64,000 nucleotides of DNA from Diadema antillarum (taxonomy: Eukaryota), in contig NW_027271091.1 in assembly GCF_040938485.1 (NCBI RefSeq), positions 248,001 through 312,000 of the forward strand, given 5' to 3'. Each line of letters starts with the position of its first letter. Positions within the stretch are counted from its first letter, which is position 1. The translations under genes and the position numbers were made by a program. The notes beneath the pieces were generated by a model. It was not told where the DNA came from. It was given only the letters and a program-made list of their open reading frames with translations, and did no database searches. This document shows, piece by piece, positions 49,401 through 60,700 of the stretch.

Positions 49401-52400
49401 CAAGAACGACACAAAGTACACGGATAACATCCGAAATTCAACCAACACCAGTAAAATATACAAAAGAAATCAGAAGGATAAGTGGATAACTTTGTTTTGG
49501 AAGCCCGTCTGGCAGGTCCTCCATAATATCATCTAGGTTGAATTGTCCACGATTAAACAAGCAAGTTGAAAGGCTAAAACGAAGTGTGCTACGAGAACTC
49601 CAAATGGAAAAACCACATTTTTTTTCCCCCCTTGAAATCTTCATGGTCTCATGCTTATGTTTTAAAGTGGCATCATGGAGCTAGCTCCATGGCGGCATCA
49701 AAGATGAAGGCAGTCCAAAGGATTTTGTTTTTTACTCTTCCCTGAGAAACAGCGCCATGGTATGTAGCGCCTACTCACCTGCTGATAGAACCAGTGGTAT
49801 CTGGACATAGATGAAATATCTGGTTTTATATGCAGGAGTGTTGCTACAATAATACATTATTATTGCAATCTTAGGATCATCGTGGGGCAGTAGAGCAAGT
49901 GGCCAGCTTCATGGGGAAATCCTTCTCTGATGACGTCATAGACCGCATCGTTGAGGCCTCCACCTTCAGTGCGATGAAGAACAGCAAGAGTGCCAATCCT
50001 GACTCAGTCATCGTCACATATGCTCCGGCTACGGATGAAAACCCCATTAAAAGTGGATTGTCATTCATGAGGAAAGGTATGCAATGGCTGTCGTGATGTG
50101 GTGGCATTTTTTCTATTCAAGTACCTTTAGAGAAAAAAATAGTATGTTTCAATTCGTCGAATTGGTCAGTTCATGCTCACCTGCAGCAAGGAAATATATT
50201 TACCCTGCAGACCACTAGCAATGTACGAAGGTTCATTATTAACTGGTATCCTGAAATAAATTGTCTTAAGAGTAACGAAACAGATTAACACTTCCAAAAT
50301 GATCGCACTTGTAAAGCCTTATAACACATGCTCTTTAAGGCTACGGTCACAACGACCGACACAAGCGACGACCGACCGATTTGAAGCCTGCTCGGCCGCC
50401 GCTGAAATTTTGGCACCGCTCAGCAGTTTCTGGAGATGTCGATCAGGCTGTAAAACCCCAGCGATGCCGAAGCGATGCCCTGTCGATTTTCCGTCAATCA
50501 CCGATCGATGTTACGTAAAAAATTGCGAAATAAGGGGATCTTCTCCGCGCAGAGTCCGAGCGATGCCCCAGCGACAACTGGACGATCTCCCAACGGCCAC
50601 CGCCCGATTTTTACGAAATCGCTCGGCGACTGATGGGCGATCGATGGGTCATCTACCGGTGTCCCGTAGGCGTACCGGCGGCGACCCGCCGATCTCTGCC
50701 AAATATTTCTCACGAGCTAGCTGGGTATATACCTAGACCTATGTGACTTGGCCATCAACAACAACGCTTTCGCTTTCCAGCTGTCAGGACAACGAGGCCT
50801 CTTGATGCTCCTAATTCTACCTTGACGACCACGACAGCGAGGCTTACAAGCCCATTACTTTTGTGAACACATGAATACATGAAATTCTGTTTGCAAATTA
50901 ACAAATAACTTTCCTTCTACCTTATTCTTCGCAAAAATGACTTTTTAAAAGATTTTATATATCAATGCGTTGAATATGCCTACAGTTTATGTTGTGAGTT
51001 GTGTGATTACATTTTTTTAATTGAATGTCATTTGCCAAGTATGCCTTTTTGATAATATTGTGAGAAGGAAAGAGGTATTGTAAACGTATAGGGAACATTG
51101 ATTTGTTGTATGCGCGATAGATTCTTAATCATTGATTAATTGAATAAGATAAAACTCGAAGTAAAAGATTTAAGAATTGAAATAAAAACTACCAACCTGG
51201 GTTATGTGAAACCACAGATAACTAAAAACTAGAAAATCAAATAAAAGGGAGGAAACAAACCCAAAATGAAAAAAAAAAAGAATTGTAATTACTCCTACAT
51301 AGATTAGAATGTTGGAAAATATCTTTGGTTGCTCCTATATTTTTACTACATTTTTCTATTCCTATTTCGTTTCATGGTTTCGTTCTCCCCATCTATTTCC
51401 ACTTAGCACTTCTTTATTCTGTAGACCTAAATAAATAACTAAACCATACATTGCTTTGTCTACAAAACGACCCTAACACTTAGCTTTCAACTTTTTCCAC
51501 CTAAAGTGGTTGTCCCTGCCTCCCATGTTTACCGTTGGGGGTTTTTTTGTGCTTTTGTCATTTTTGTCTTTATATTTTTGTTTCCTATAATCGCTCGACG
51601 GCGACCGCTCAATTAGATCGGTGCCTGGGCGGTTGCCGCTCGGACATCGAGTGTATTTTGGACAGCGAGTGAAAACTGGTCGGTCGCCGCCGAAATTTTA
51701 ACCCCGCGTTAAACCTCAGCGGCGACCGACTGATGTCCTAAAAATCAGTGGAGCCTGGTCGGTCACCGGTCGGTCACCGGTCGGTGCCCGACCGAAATTG
51801 GCTAAAAACTCGCCCATCGGTCGCCGAGCAGGCTGATTTTGGGGGTTGTGACCGTAGCCTAAAACGTGTGATACACGTGTGCTTTGTTATTATCAGATAA
51901 GCTTTAATATGAGATATCTCATGTGAACGCACAGTATTGCAGTTAATCTTTTCAACGGTATTTTGACCTCCTAATTTCATGTTATACATATAATTAAAGT
52001 AGAAATAGATGATGCTCTTTTTCGATAAAGAAATATTACACCGGAAAGAAAACCTTAGTTTCTACAGATTAACATAATAAAAATTGTCTCTGCCGAGACT
52101 TTATTAGTGTCGCCCTGTCTAGAGCATGATAAACTGAAATGCAGTGTAATGAAATAGTAAATGTCTAGAAGCAGAACTATTCAAGGCGCTACTCACCCTA
52201 GAAAAAAAAAGTTGATATTTCTATACATTAATAATAAAATTAAAATTCGTGCAGATCTAGGAATGGACGCATGCAAGAAATATTTCTGAACTTTTCTCTG
52301 TTGTGCGTGACATTATTCAAAGGATGTGATAATAATCTTCTGTAATAAAATAACTGTTCTGCTATACATCTCTTTAGGTGCCATCGGTGACTGGAAGAAT

Positions 52401-52487
52401 TATTTCACAGTTAACCAGAACCGCCGGTTTGATGAACTCTACGCCAAGGAAATGGCAGGCACCGGGCTCGAATTTCAGTTTGAATAA
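37477..52487 (+). CDS. Cytosolic sulfotransferase copy 4, intact, 329 aa. Exons: 37477-37498, 37806-37988, 41511-41638, 42537-42786, 43682-43776, 49875-50076, 52378-52487
   Basis: 22+183+128+250+95+202+110=990 nt in frame: MACSRHAERAPESDQP...TYVKSGTTW...PRILKTH...RNPKDTAVS...[16 protein letters not shown]...EFQFE*. All introns are GT-AG. Confidence 0.93.
39155..41392. mobile_element. 2.2-kb TIR element in intron 2 of copy 4 (shorter 360-bp derivative at 59473-59836 in copy 5)
   Basis: GATGCAGGAGAGTT (about 39161) is inverted relative to AACTCTCCTGCATCTCC (about 41375). The internal block CATGTCTTCCAAAGCTGGCTCA...CACACTGCGGGAGTGTT is shared with 59590-59670. Confidence 0.6.
40065..40451. mobile_element. 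Kolobok-like MITE family K1 nested in the 39155-41392 element
   Basis: Same palindromic arms (TTTTGAAATGGCTGAGATAT / ATATCTCAGCCATTTCAAAA) as the other K1 copies. Confidence 0.75.
42217..42435. other. Assembly gap (N run)
   Basis: Run of N in intron 3 of copy 4. Confidence 0.99.
43038..43204. mobile_element. Short GC-rich hAT-like MITE
   Basis: TAGGGGCGGATCC ... GATCCGCCACTG inverted ends; no clean TSD. Confidence 0.55.
43634..43679. repeat. (ATT)n microsatellite abutting the exon 5 acceptor of copy 4
   Basis: TTATTATTATT... directly before TTTAG|CC at 43681/43682. Confidence 0.9.
43850..49002. mobile_element. Unclassified 5.15-kb non-autonomous DNA transposon, CGGCCG termini, 31-bp TIRs, 4-bp TSD (CTCT)
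   Basis: TIRs CGGCCGTGATAAGGCAAAGGAACGTAACTCA (43850-43880) and its reverse complement with 3 mismatches (48972-49002). CTCT lies at 43846-43849 and 49003-49006. The paralogous empty site is in intron 5 of copy 5 (about 62470-62490). Confidence 0.88.
47509..47641. other. Assembly gap (N run)
   Basis: Run of N inside the 43850-49002 element. Confidence 0.99.
50339..51859. mobile_element. Non-autonomous PIF/Harbinger-like element (1.5 kb) in intron 6 of copy 4
   Basis: TAA|GGCTACGGTCACAAC ... GTTGTGACCGTAGCC|TAA (3-bp TAA TSD); CGACCGA/TCGGTCG-rich subterminal regions; absent from intron 6 of copy 3. Confidence 0.88.
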
Positions 52488-52957
52488 GTTTTGTGGTCGA
52501 TATTTCTTTTTCCCCTTCTAAGCTGTCAACGCTCCATTGATTACACTACCGTTGTTACCGCCAAACTATTTTATTGTATTTATTATATATTCTGCCTAGG
52601 GTGCCATACGTGGGAAATTCACACTAACAGCAGCTATTTCGTTTTGGATATGAAATCACCTTTCTTGACAAACTGACTATTTTTTTTTTAATCAAGTGTC
52701 CTTAAAGTAAATGTAATAAACATTTTTCATTTTGATATCTCAAACAGTATTTTGTTCTGTGAATGATTACAAGGTGTCAACTGCAACCATATTGATTGAC
52801 AGCCCCCCCCCCCCAAAAAAAAAAGAAGAATGAGAGAATCTTGGCCAAAGAAGAAAATTTGTACTATCATTTCAGATGCAAGTATAGAACATTCGTACCT
52901 ACATCTACCCAATGGTCTATTGATATGATGTCGGATAGCTGTGTAGGACGGAAACCT

Positions 52958-53088
52958 AGAAGAAAATGAAGATAATTTCTAATTCTATCAAAAACGCCGG
53001 TAGCAACAACTTTCCCGAGATTCCCAGAAGAAAATGAAGATAATTTCTAATTCTATCAAAAACGCTGGTAGCAACAACTTTCCCGAGA
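52958..53088 (+). repeat. Local tandem duplication (68-bp period) in the 3' flank of copy 4
   Basis: AGAAGAAAATGAAGATAATTTCTAATTCTATCAAAAACG(C/T)...CCCGAGA at 52958 and 53026; single copy in the flank of copy 3 (about 32725). Confidence 0.9.
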
Positions 53089-53290
53089 TGTCCAGTTATG
53101 TCAGAACTTGGAAAACCTGTATGAGAAGTAAGAATGCTTTTGTTTCGCTATTTTATGATTGCTCTGTGGTTTGAGAAAAAGTTAGATAGTCATGTTGCTG
53201 ACGTTGATGTATACTTTATCATGAAATTCATGCCAGGGTTTGAATCGTACCAAACACGTACCAAATATTTCAATAAAAGCGTGGGCGATA

Positions 53291-53598
53291 CAGCAAGTGC
53301 ACTCCCGTTACAACGAACACGTTATAATGAAATTTCGTTACAACGAAGTAAAAATCCAGGTCCCAAAGTGATCATAATCAAGTCTATGGAGCATATATCT
53401 TGACAACAAACACTCTTTTGGCGAAATTTTTGTCAAAACAAAGTTATTTCTGAGAGCAATTGATAACGAAAAACAAAAGAAATGTGCACCGATATATTGA
53501 AATGCGGATCGCTCACGAAATTACATAGTTTAATAAACATTTACAGAGCATCTCTGCATGGACTTCCCGAGGACTTCGTTACAACGGGAGTGCACTCT
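53291..53598. mobile_element. TA-target (Tc1/mariner/pogo-like) MITE
   Basis: GTGCACTCCCGTTACAACGAA ... TTCGTTACAACGGGAGTGCAC ends; a further right-end fragment lies at about 55610-55698. Confidence 0.7.
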
Positions 53599-54093
53599 AA
53601 TAACTAATAATGCAGGCAAAATCAAAGCAGGAATCTGACATTATAGTAGTCCTACTGTTTCGTTGTTTAATTTGAATGAAACTGGTTTGTGAAACATATT
53701 GACGTCACCGGGCACACTTTTGAGTACTTATATTCTAACTGCGTATGAGTGTGTATGTGAGAGAGAAATATCAAAATCATAACATTCATAGTTACAGAAT
53801 AAAAAATTAATCTTCTAAGTCTTCAACTTTTAAAGTTAATTATCTTTTCAACCGAAGATCACTGATAATTGATATACATTCTCCCAGCGTACAGAAAGGG
53901 TTCAAATCGCCCCATTGGTTTCAAACTTATCTCTTGTTTATGAGGACATGAGACACACACTTAATCATCATGCACCTGTGTGGCAATGTGGTCCTGGTTC
54001 ATGTCACACCAAAGTGTCAATGTTATCAGAAGATCTTGCAATCACATGATATATTTTATGATTTCCTTCCCGTTCCAAGGGCCTGCGAACATA

Positions 54094-54784
54094 TGTGACC
54101 ATGCACCTCAAAACGAACAAAAAGTCGCACACACTGATTTTGCGTGAGGACTGAAAATAAGTGAAATGGGTCAACCTAGCCGAGTTTGACTTTTTCATAT
54201 TTTCTGAAAGAGCGGGTCTTCTTTTACATTATGCTAAAATGTGGTATCATAAAACGGGCAGGAAAGTGTGTTTTTTTAGCAGTTTCTCTCGAACATTTTT
54301 GGTAGAATAGTGTGATTAGGTGCGTCTTTAGAATCCCTTTTTCATTTCTGAAAAACCTTGTCCTCACTCTTCACTTTCAACTCAAATAACTTTTGAAAGG
54401 ATAGTGCTACTGCTTTGAAAGTTGGCATTTATTATGGACAGAATGTGTTAATGAGGCATGCTTAATTTCAGTTTAATCTGATAATCCCTTCATTGTTGTT
54501 ACTCTGGTGGTTTACTTCCTGTTTTTTGTCCCATTCATCGCACAGCCAGCACGGTTTGGTAAAGATTAAGTGCTTGAATAGACACTGTACTTTAGAGCCT
54601 CTTTTCTCAGTTCACACATTTCCCGAGTTTGTGCTTTCTTTCCAATATTTAGATAGGTTAGAAGAGTTCATTTGATTTGAGTTATACATCATTTTAAAGC
54701 TTAAAGTCTGCTCTTTCAGAATATGGTCTTAACTAAAAATTCATGTCTGGCGACTTTTTGTTTGTTTTGAGGTGCAGTGTCACA
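54094..54784. mobile_element. 691-bp TIR element with TA target duplication
   Basis: TA|TGTGACCATGCACCTCAAAACGAACAAAAAGTCGC ... GCGACTTTTTGTTTGTTTTGAGGTGCAGTGTCACA|TA; empty paralogous site near 35890. Confidence 0.85.
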
Positions 54785-57644
54785 TATATTGCATCGTTTA
54801 AATTTGACCGAAAAAATACAATGCGAAGCTATTTTGTTCAACAACTGATTTTATCCTCTCTCGCTCTCTCTCTCTCTCACACACACATACACACACACAT
54901 GATGATGCATACGCAATAATATTGTCAGTGCACTGATACATGCTGCAGAATAGATCGTTAAAAAAGATTATACACATATATTCACTTTGTACAGTTGTAT
55001 ATCAAGGTCAATTGAACCACAAAATGTAATACTGTTACCTCTCTTACCACTTTTTTTTTTATATAGGTAAATGTACTTTCATGATTAGCAGGCGTTGGCA
55101 TGTTTGTAAAGTATAATTGGTTCAAGTGTATTTACATTTAATGTTATTGAAACTTATACTACAGGTTTTCCAGGCAAATTATGTCATCCAAGTTCCTATT
55201 CCGAGCATGAATTTTACGCATCCCACGCTCGCAGCACTGATTCCGCAATCACATCAAATCCCGTCATTCAAATTCAGTATCATAGCAATCACTTGTTTAT
55301 TTGCGTCATTCAAATTCAAGATAGGAGCGTGAATTTCAGCAATGAACATTCAAATTCATTTCAAACGGCGACAGAATGTCGTCGGTCATTCAAATTCGTG
55401 AAAAGGCAACCATGTTCCAAAAAGGTGCATTCAATTTAAAAGAAGTCTTGCATTTAGTTAGCATGAAAATAACAACTATGCTCTCCTTTGAATGTAAAAT
55501 TTAATCGAAATTAAGAAAATGGTACTGCATTTAACATTGGTTTTTCTAGTATGATTACTATTTAATAAACAACATACAGTATACTCATGGTTCGCGTCTT
55601 TTCATCATATATGCTGTATCTGTTTAGTTACAAGAAATTTCGATATAACGAAAGAAAACTGCCGGTCCCGAGAACTTCGTTACAACGGGAAAGCACTGTA
55701 AATACTTATTATGGAGGCAAAAATCAAAGCAGGAATCTGAAGATTGTAGTCCTACTGTTTCATTACCTAATGTATAACATACGATTTACATACAGTAACG
55801 TATGGAATTGGAAATGCAGGGGACCATCGTCAGAGCTCGACTAGGAAGATGGTCCCAGATCAAGTAAGATCATTGTGTGTCATTTTGTCTTTAAATTGAT
55901 GCATTGTGTGGTTAGTGTTGGGGCGTTGTATATAATATGTCTATATTCTTATATAAAGTGATAATATATTGTTTATTAAAGTCTATTGCATGAATATGTT
56001 ATATTAACTATGTCACATCATTTATGTGTTCCTGCTTTCCTAAAATAAACTCGTGAATAAACAACTTTTTTCTTTTACTGAAATGAAATGAAACAATTTT
56101 CTGTGTTTGCTCTTGTTTCACTTTTTGATTAAAAAAAATGTGTTGTGTCTTTTCAATTAGCTGTTCTATTTGAGTCATGATGTCGAACTCTGTTGCCTTT
56201 AATAATTTCTATATGCCACGATTTGAAGTGATCGCTTTCTCAAGAGCATTCGATTACAATACTGCAGTAGATCTTTGCTTACGCTTGTTGCCCATGTCTG
56301 AAACTGGTTTGTAAACCCCAGTAGGTAAGTATAAGATTTTCGGGGGGGGGGGGGGTTGGGTAATGAAATTTTGAAATAGTGGACCATTCAGAAGAAAAAG
56401 CGATCGAGCGTGGAAGGGTTTGGCCGTACACGACATTTTGTATGTGTGTGTGTGGGGGGGGGGGGAGCAGGGGGTTGGTGCATTTTCAATCGGGGAAAGG
56501 GGGGGGGGGAGACGCTCAAGCAAAGGAACGACAAGACAGGGGAAGGGTTTTGGATGGGACAGGTATCTTACCCTCCCGTTATCCTGGTGCACACTGTGGG
56601 TGCCATATTTGGAATCGTCTTACAAAAAAGGTAAGTGGAGACTTTAACGTTAAAGGGCATGAAACTCCAGCTGGCCTGCTACTCGTCCTTCCCTCGTGTA
56701 TTTTTTAACTGTAATACATTGTCACCTACAGACATGGCACCTTTTCTTATCTTTTCTCACTCTCAAAGTGTTAGATTTTCCGACGGGGACGTTTGGAGCG
56801 GGAAAAACTGTTCTGAGCATGTGCTAAATCGCTTAATAAACTCGATCTATTTATTGCCTGCGTCGTCTGAGTTTTCACGACGCGTTCTGGGCTATTTTCA
56901 CGTCCGCTCAATTCACGACACAGAGAGCTGCTTGATGCAACGGGCGCCATTTTGATTTTTACACTTTGCGCCTCCGCGTAATCTAAAGCTACTTTTCAGC
57001 ACAACGCAGAGAGAGACTAGAGGAAAACGTCCAAAACACTCGTCGTCTCAAAAGTCCGCGCCGCAAATCTAAAGCTCCCTAATTTAGGGATCAACTTCCA
57101 TCAGTCTTCCTGACCACAGTCTCCTCGAGCTCTTCTTGCAGCCCAACCCATCCCTTATTGTGGTATCGACTGGATATCTCATGATTTGCAGCCAGCATAA
57201 CTGACAAGGGCTCTGGCTGGGGAAGGAAAACCTGAAATAAACCAAAATGGAGAAGTTTAATGGCTTGCTCTCTTGCCAATAAGTAATATGAATTATCTGG
57301 GAAGTTGCATCCTAAGAAGCATCGAGCATTTAAACAAAGAAGTGCTAAAGTAAAAAGGTTATAAGCTTGTTTGTATTGTGTATATAGAAATATACGAATG
57401 GGTAGAGAGAGCGAGAGAGAAAAAGACGAGGGGGGGGGGAGGGAGAGAGGGAGAAGTGTACAAATTTCATGTCTAGGAAGCCATGGGAGAATGAAAGATT
57501 TGAGTGAATACAAGTCATTTTGAATCTACGAAAAGGATAAAGAAATAAAAATGGAGAAGGAAAACAATTCATTCACTGTTACATTTTATGACTCCAAATA
57601 TAATACAGCCACACACTCTGCACATTAATGCTCTAAATTGAATA

Positions 57645-57700
57645 GACGTAGGCCCTATAAAAAAAAGAGCTGGAGGGCTAGCCGTAGGCTCCGTTCGACG
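57645..57700 (+). promoter_or_regulatory. Putative core promoter of copy 5 (GACGT + TATAAA)
   Basis: GACGTAGGCCC-TATAAAA at 57656, 73 nt upstream of the ATG; the block is homologous to the copy 4 upstream region. Confidence 0.55.
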
Positions 57701-57728
57701 AACAGTCGACGCTACGGTCCAATTCAAA

Positions 57729-60700
57729 ATGGCGTGTTCTCGTCATGCAGGTAAGAACAACATCACGTTCGTGTGTTTACGACAAATTAGTGAGGCTAAG
57801 GCTTTTGCTGATATAACAATTAATTCATTTAATGTCTTTTTATGTGTATTGCAATAGCCATTCTTTCCCAGTCAGCAGTGCTTGTGAATATGCAGAGTAA
57901 TAAACTATTACGAGTGCAATATAGGGGTGTATTTCAGCAAGAGCTATAATCAAAACGGTATGCCTCATTTACTTCAGCTCATGCCTCCCACATGCAGGTA
58001 CGGTACATGCGTGCTTAGGATTTGAATTACAGAACAGTCATGTATTTCATCACAGCATTGCTCTGTGTTTTTATTACTCAGAAAGAGCTCCTGAAAGTGA
58101 CCAGCCCATCTTCTCGTCTGAAGTTCCTGCCTGTGTAAAGGAGAAATGTTACGAGTATCGTGGAGTGATTGTGCCAAATCACATGCCCCGTCGTGCTTTA
58201 GTGGCGTTGGAAAATTTCGAAGTACGGCCTGATGACACGTTTGTCATAACTTATATAAAGTCAGGTGAGTTTGAGACTGTTCTGTATGACTAACCTCGGC
58301 AAATGTTCACCACATTCAAATACTAGTATATACTATATCAAGCTGTAATTTCTTTTCTAACTTCTGTAAACAAATTCAGTGTAGTGTATCTGTAAAGCCC
58401 GTCACAGAATATTTTCCTCAGAATTTAAGTCACCGATGAAGAGTGCATACAGTGAAAACGAGCGTTATTCCAGATGTTAAAGGGGATAGCTAGTAATTGA
58501 TCAGTGGGAATCAGTGGGAATGCTGGCTGATGATTGTTCCAACCCTTGTGGGATTCATTTAAGAGTACATTATGTATCTATTGTTGTGTGAAAATTATTT
58601 GCTTCAGAACGGTCTCATATTCAAGTAATGTGCAGTTAAATGTTTCCAGGCTAGCATGCCTGTACAGTGACGGGGCATTAAACTGCACATAACTTGAATA
58701 TGAGACCGTTCAAAAGCAAATAATTTTCTCACAACAATAGATATATAATGTACTCTTAAATGAATCCCACAAGAATTGGAACAATCATCCCCAGCATTCC
58801 CACTGATTCCCACTGATCAGTTACTAGCCATCCCCTTTAAGAAATATTAATTCATAACCTACCCGGCAATCCACTGAAGTCCCCTTGTCGTTGTCTCAGG
58901 GACCAATTTTATCAAATCTCTCGATAATAGCATTAACATGATCTTCAAAGTCATAATACTTTATGTTTGAATCGAGTTTGTTTTTCAATAGGTTCATAAT
59001 TATATCAGAAGTATCCCTTACTTTATGTACTAATTATATCCCCGTTGGAATATTGTATTCATCTAATCAAATCTCACATTTGAGTCTCGGTGAGCTCGTG
59101 CCTCTCATGCCTCGCGTACGTTGATATTGACCTTTTAACCTCTCTTCCTTCCTCGCCTTTTCCCCTGCCCTCTCTAATCACTTCTGTTACAATTTCCACG
59201 CTTATCCTTTAATATATTAAAGAGAACTGCCACGTAGTTTTGGTGTGTGTGTGTGTTTGTGTGTGTTAATATTGTCTCCCTTTTCTTTCCAATTAAATCA
59301 ATAAACAATCTGCATCAGTTTTGATAGTTCAGTTATTATCTTTTCATGAGGAGATTGCAAATTGGAAACCCTGCGTGTCAGCAGTCTTTTTCCATTTCTG
59401 ACAACGTAGTTCGATACGGTCATAGAAGTCACAGTATAACATTCAGTATATCAGTATAGTATTTTCCTTTATTGGGTGAGATACAGGAGAGTTGAGCCAA
59501 TGTAAGATAACACCAATCAGGGTACATTGAAGCCAATTGAATTGAATTTCATCTTTATCTGTTTACATCATGATTCAACTTTCCAACAAGTGTCACATGT
59601 CTTCCAAAGCTGGCTCAGCTCTCCTGAAGACATGGCTCAACTCTAGTCACACTGCGGGAGTGTTTAGCCACTTGATTTTTTTTTTCAATTTTTTTTTAAG
59701 GCAATTATCCAGAATGAAATTGCATGCTTCATCATTTTACTTCAGTTTGGTAACAAACACTTGTTAGAAGCAGGGATTGATTAGAAGATATTAAAAAAAA
59801 AGAGCAAGAAAACGTGGCTCAACTCTCCTGCATCTCCCTATACCATGCCATAATAATAATACCACGCATTATGATGCATATAGATAAAAGTGTTAAAGTG
59901 TTATTCAATTTTCTGCTGGAAATGAAATAAATGAACTCTTCACACGCATTTTCTCGTCAGGGACCACTTGGATGCAGCAGATAATGCTGCTCGTTCGGTA
60001 CGAAGGGGACGTTGCAAAATTAGAAGGAGAACATATAATGGCCATGGTTCCCTTTCTAGATATAGTCGACGTAATCACATGCCCTGATGTGAGTATTGTT
60101 TTACAATGCCTTCATTTCGTTAGTTGATTTTCAGTTCTTTCAATCGACTGTAGTCATCGATGATACTCAAAGAGCACGAGTGCTTGAGCAAGGAAAACGT
60201 GTCGTCTTAGGTATTGTACAGAAAGTAAAAATCGCAGATGAAAGGGCAAAGCGCATACAATTATGGCTTAAAGAGGAAATCCAGTCCAAATACAAGTTAG
60301 TCTGATAAGAAAGAGTAAAATATTACGAGTTCAACGGTACAATGTATAAATTTGATCGAAATCGGATGAAAAATAAAGAAGTTATGACATTTTGAAGTTT
60401 CGCTATTTTTGAGGGGAAACAATTCTTGAACACTCAATATGAATATGCAAATGGCAAAGTGAGTATGTCATTTCCTCACAACTTACCATATAGTTTGTAA
60501 ATAAAATTTTGTAATTTCCAGTTTTTCGTTCAAACGTAATTATTCCCTGACGCTTAAAAAAACTCGTATATCTAACTGATCACTATATTCTGAAGTTATT
60601 AAACCAGGAATAACGTCAAGTTTCAGACTTCAATGACAGAAACATTGAATTTTTGTATTTTTGTGTGTGTGTATACGATCTATGGAAAATTGTAAGGGTA

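Noticed and set aside
55265-55437. Short repeat with unique ~30-nt spacers as a CRISPR array
   Set aside because: The repeat is only 11-13 nt and non-palindromic, the context is eukaryotic and there are no cas genes. It is kept only as a phased motif array.
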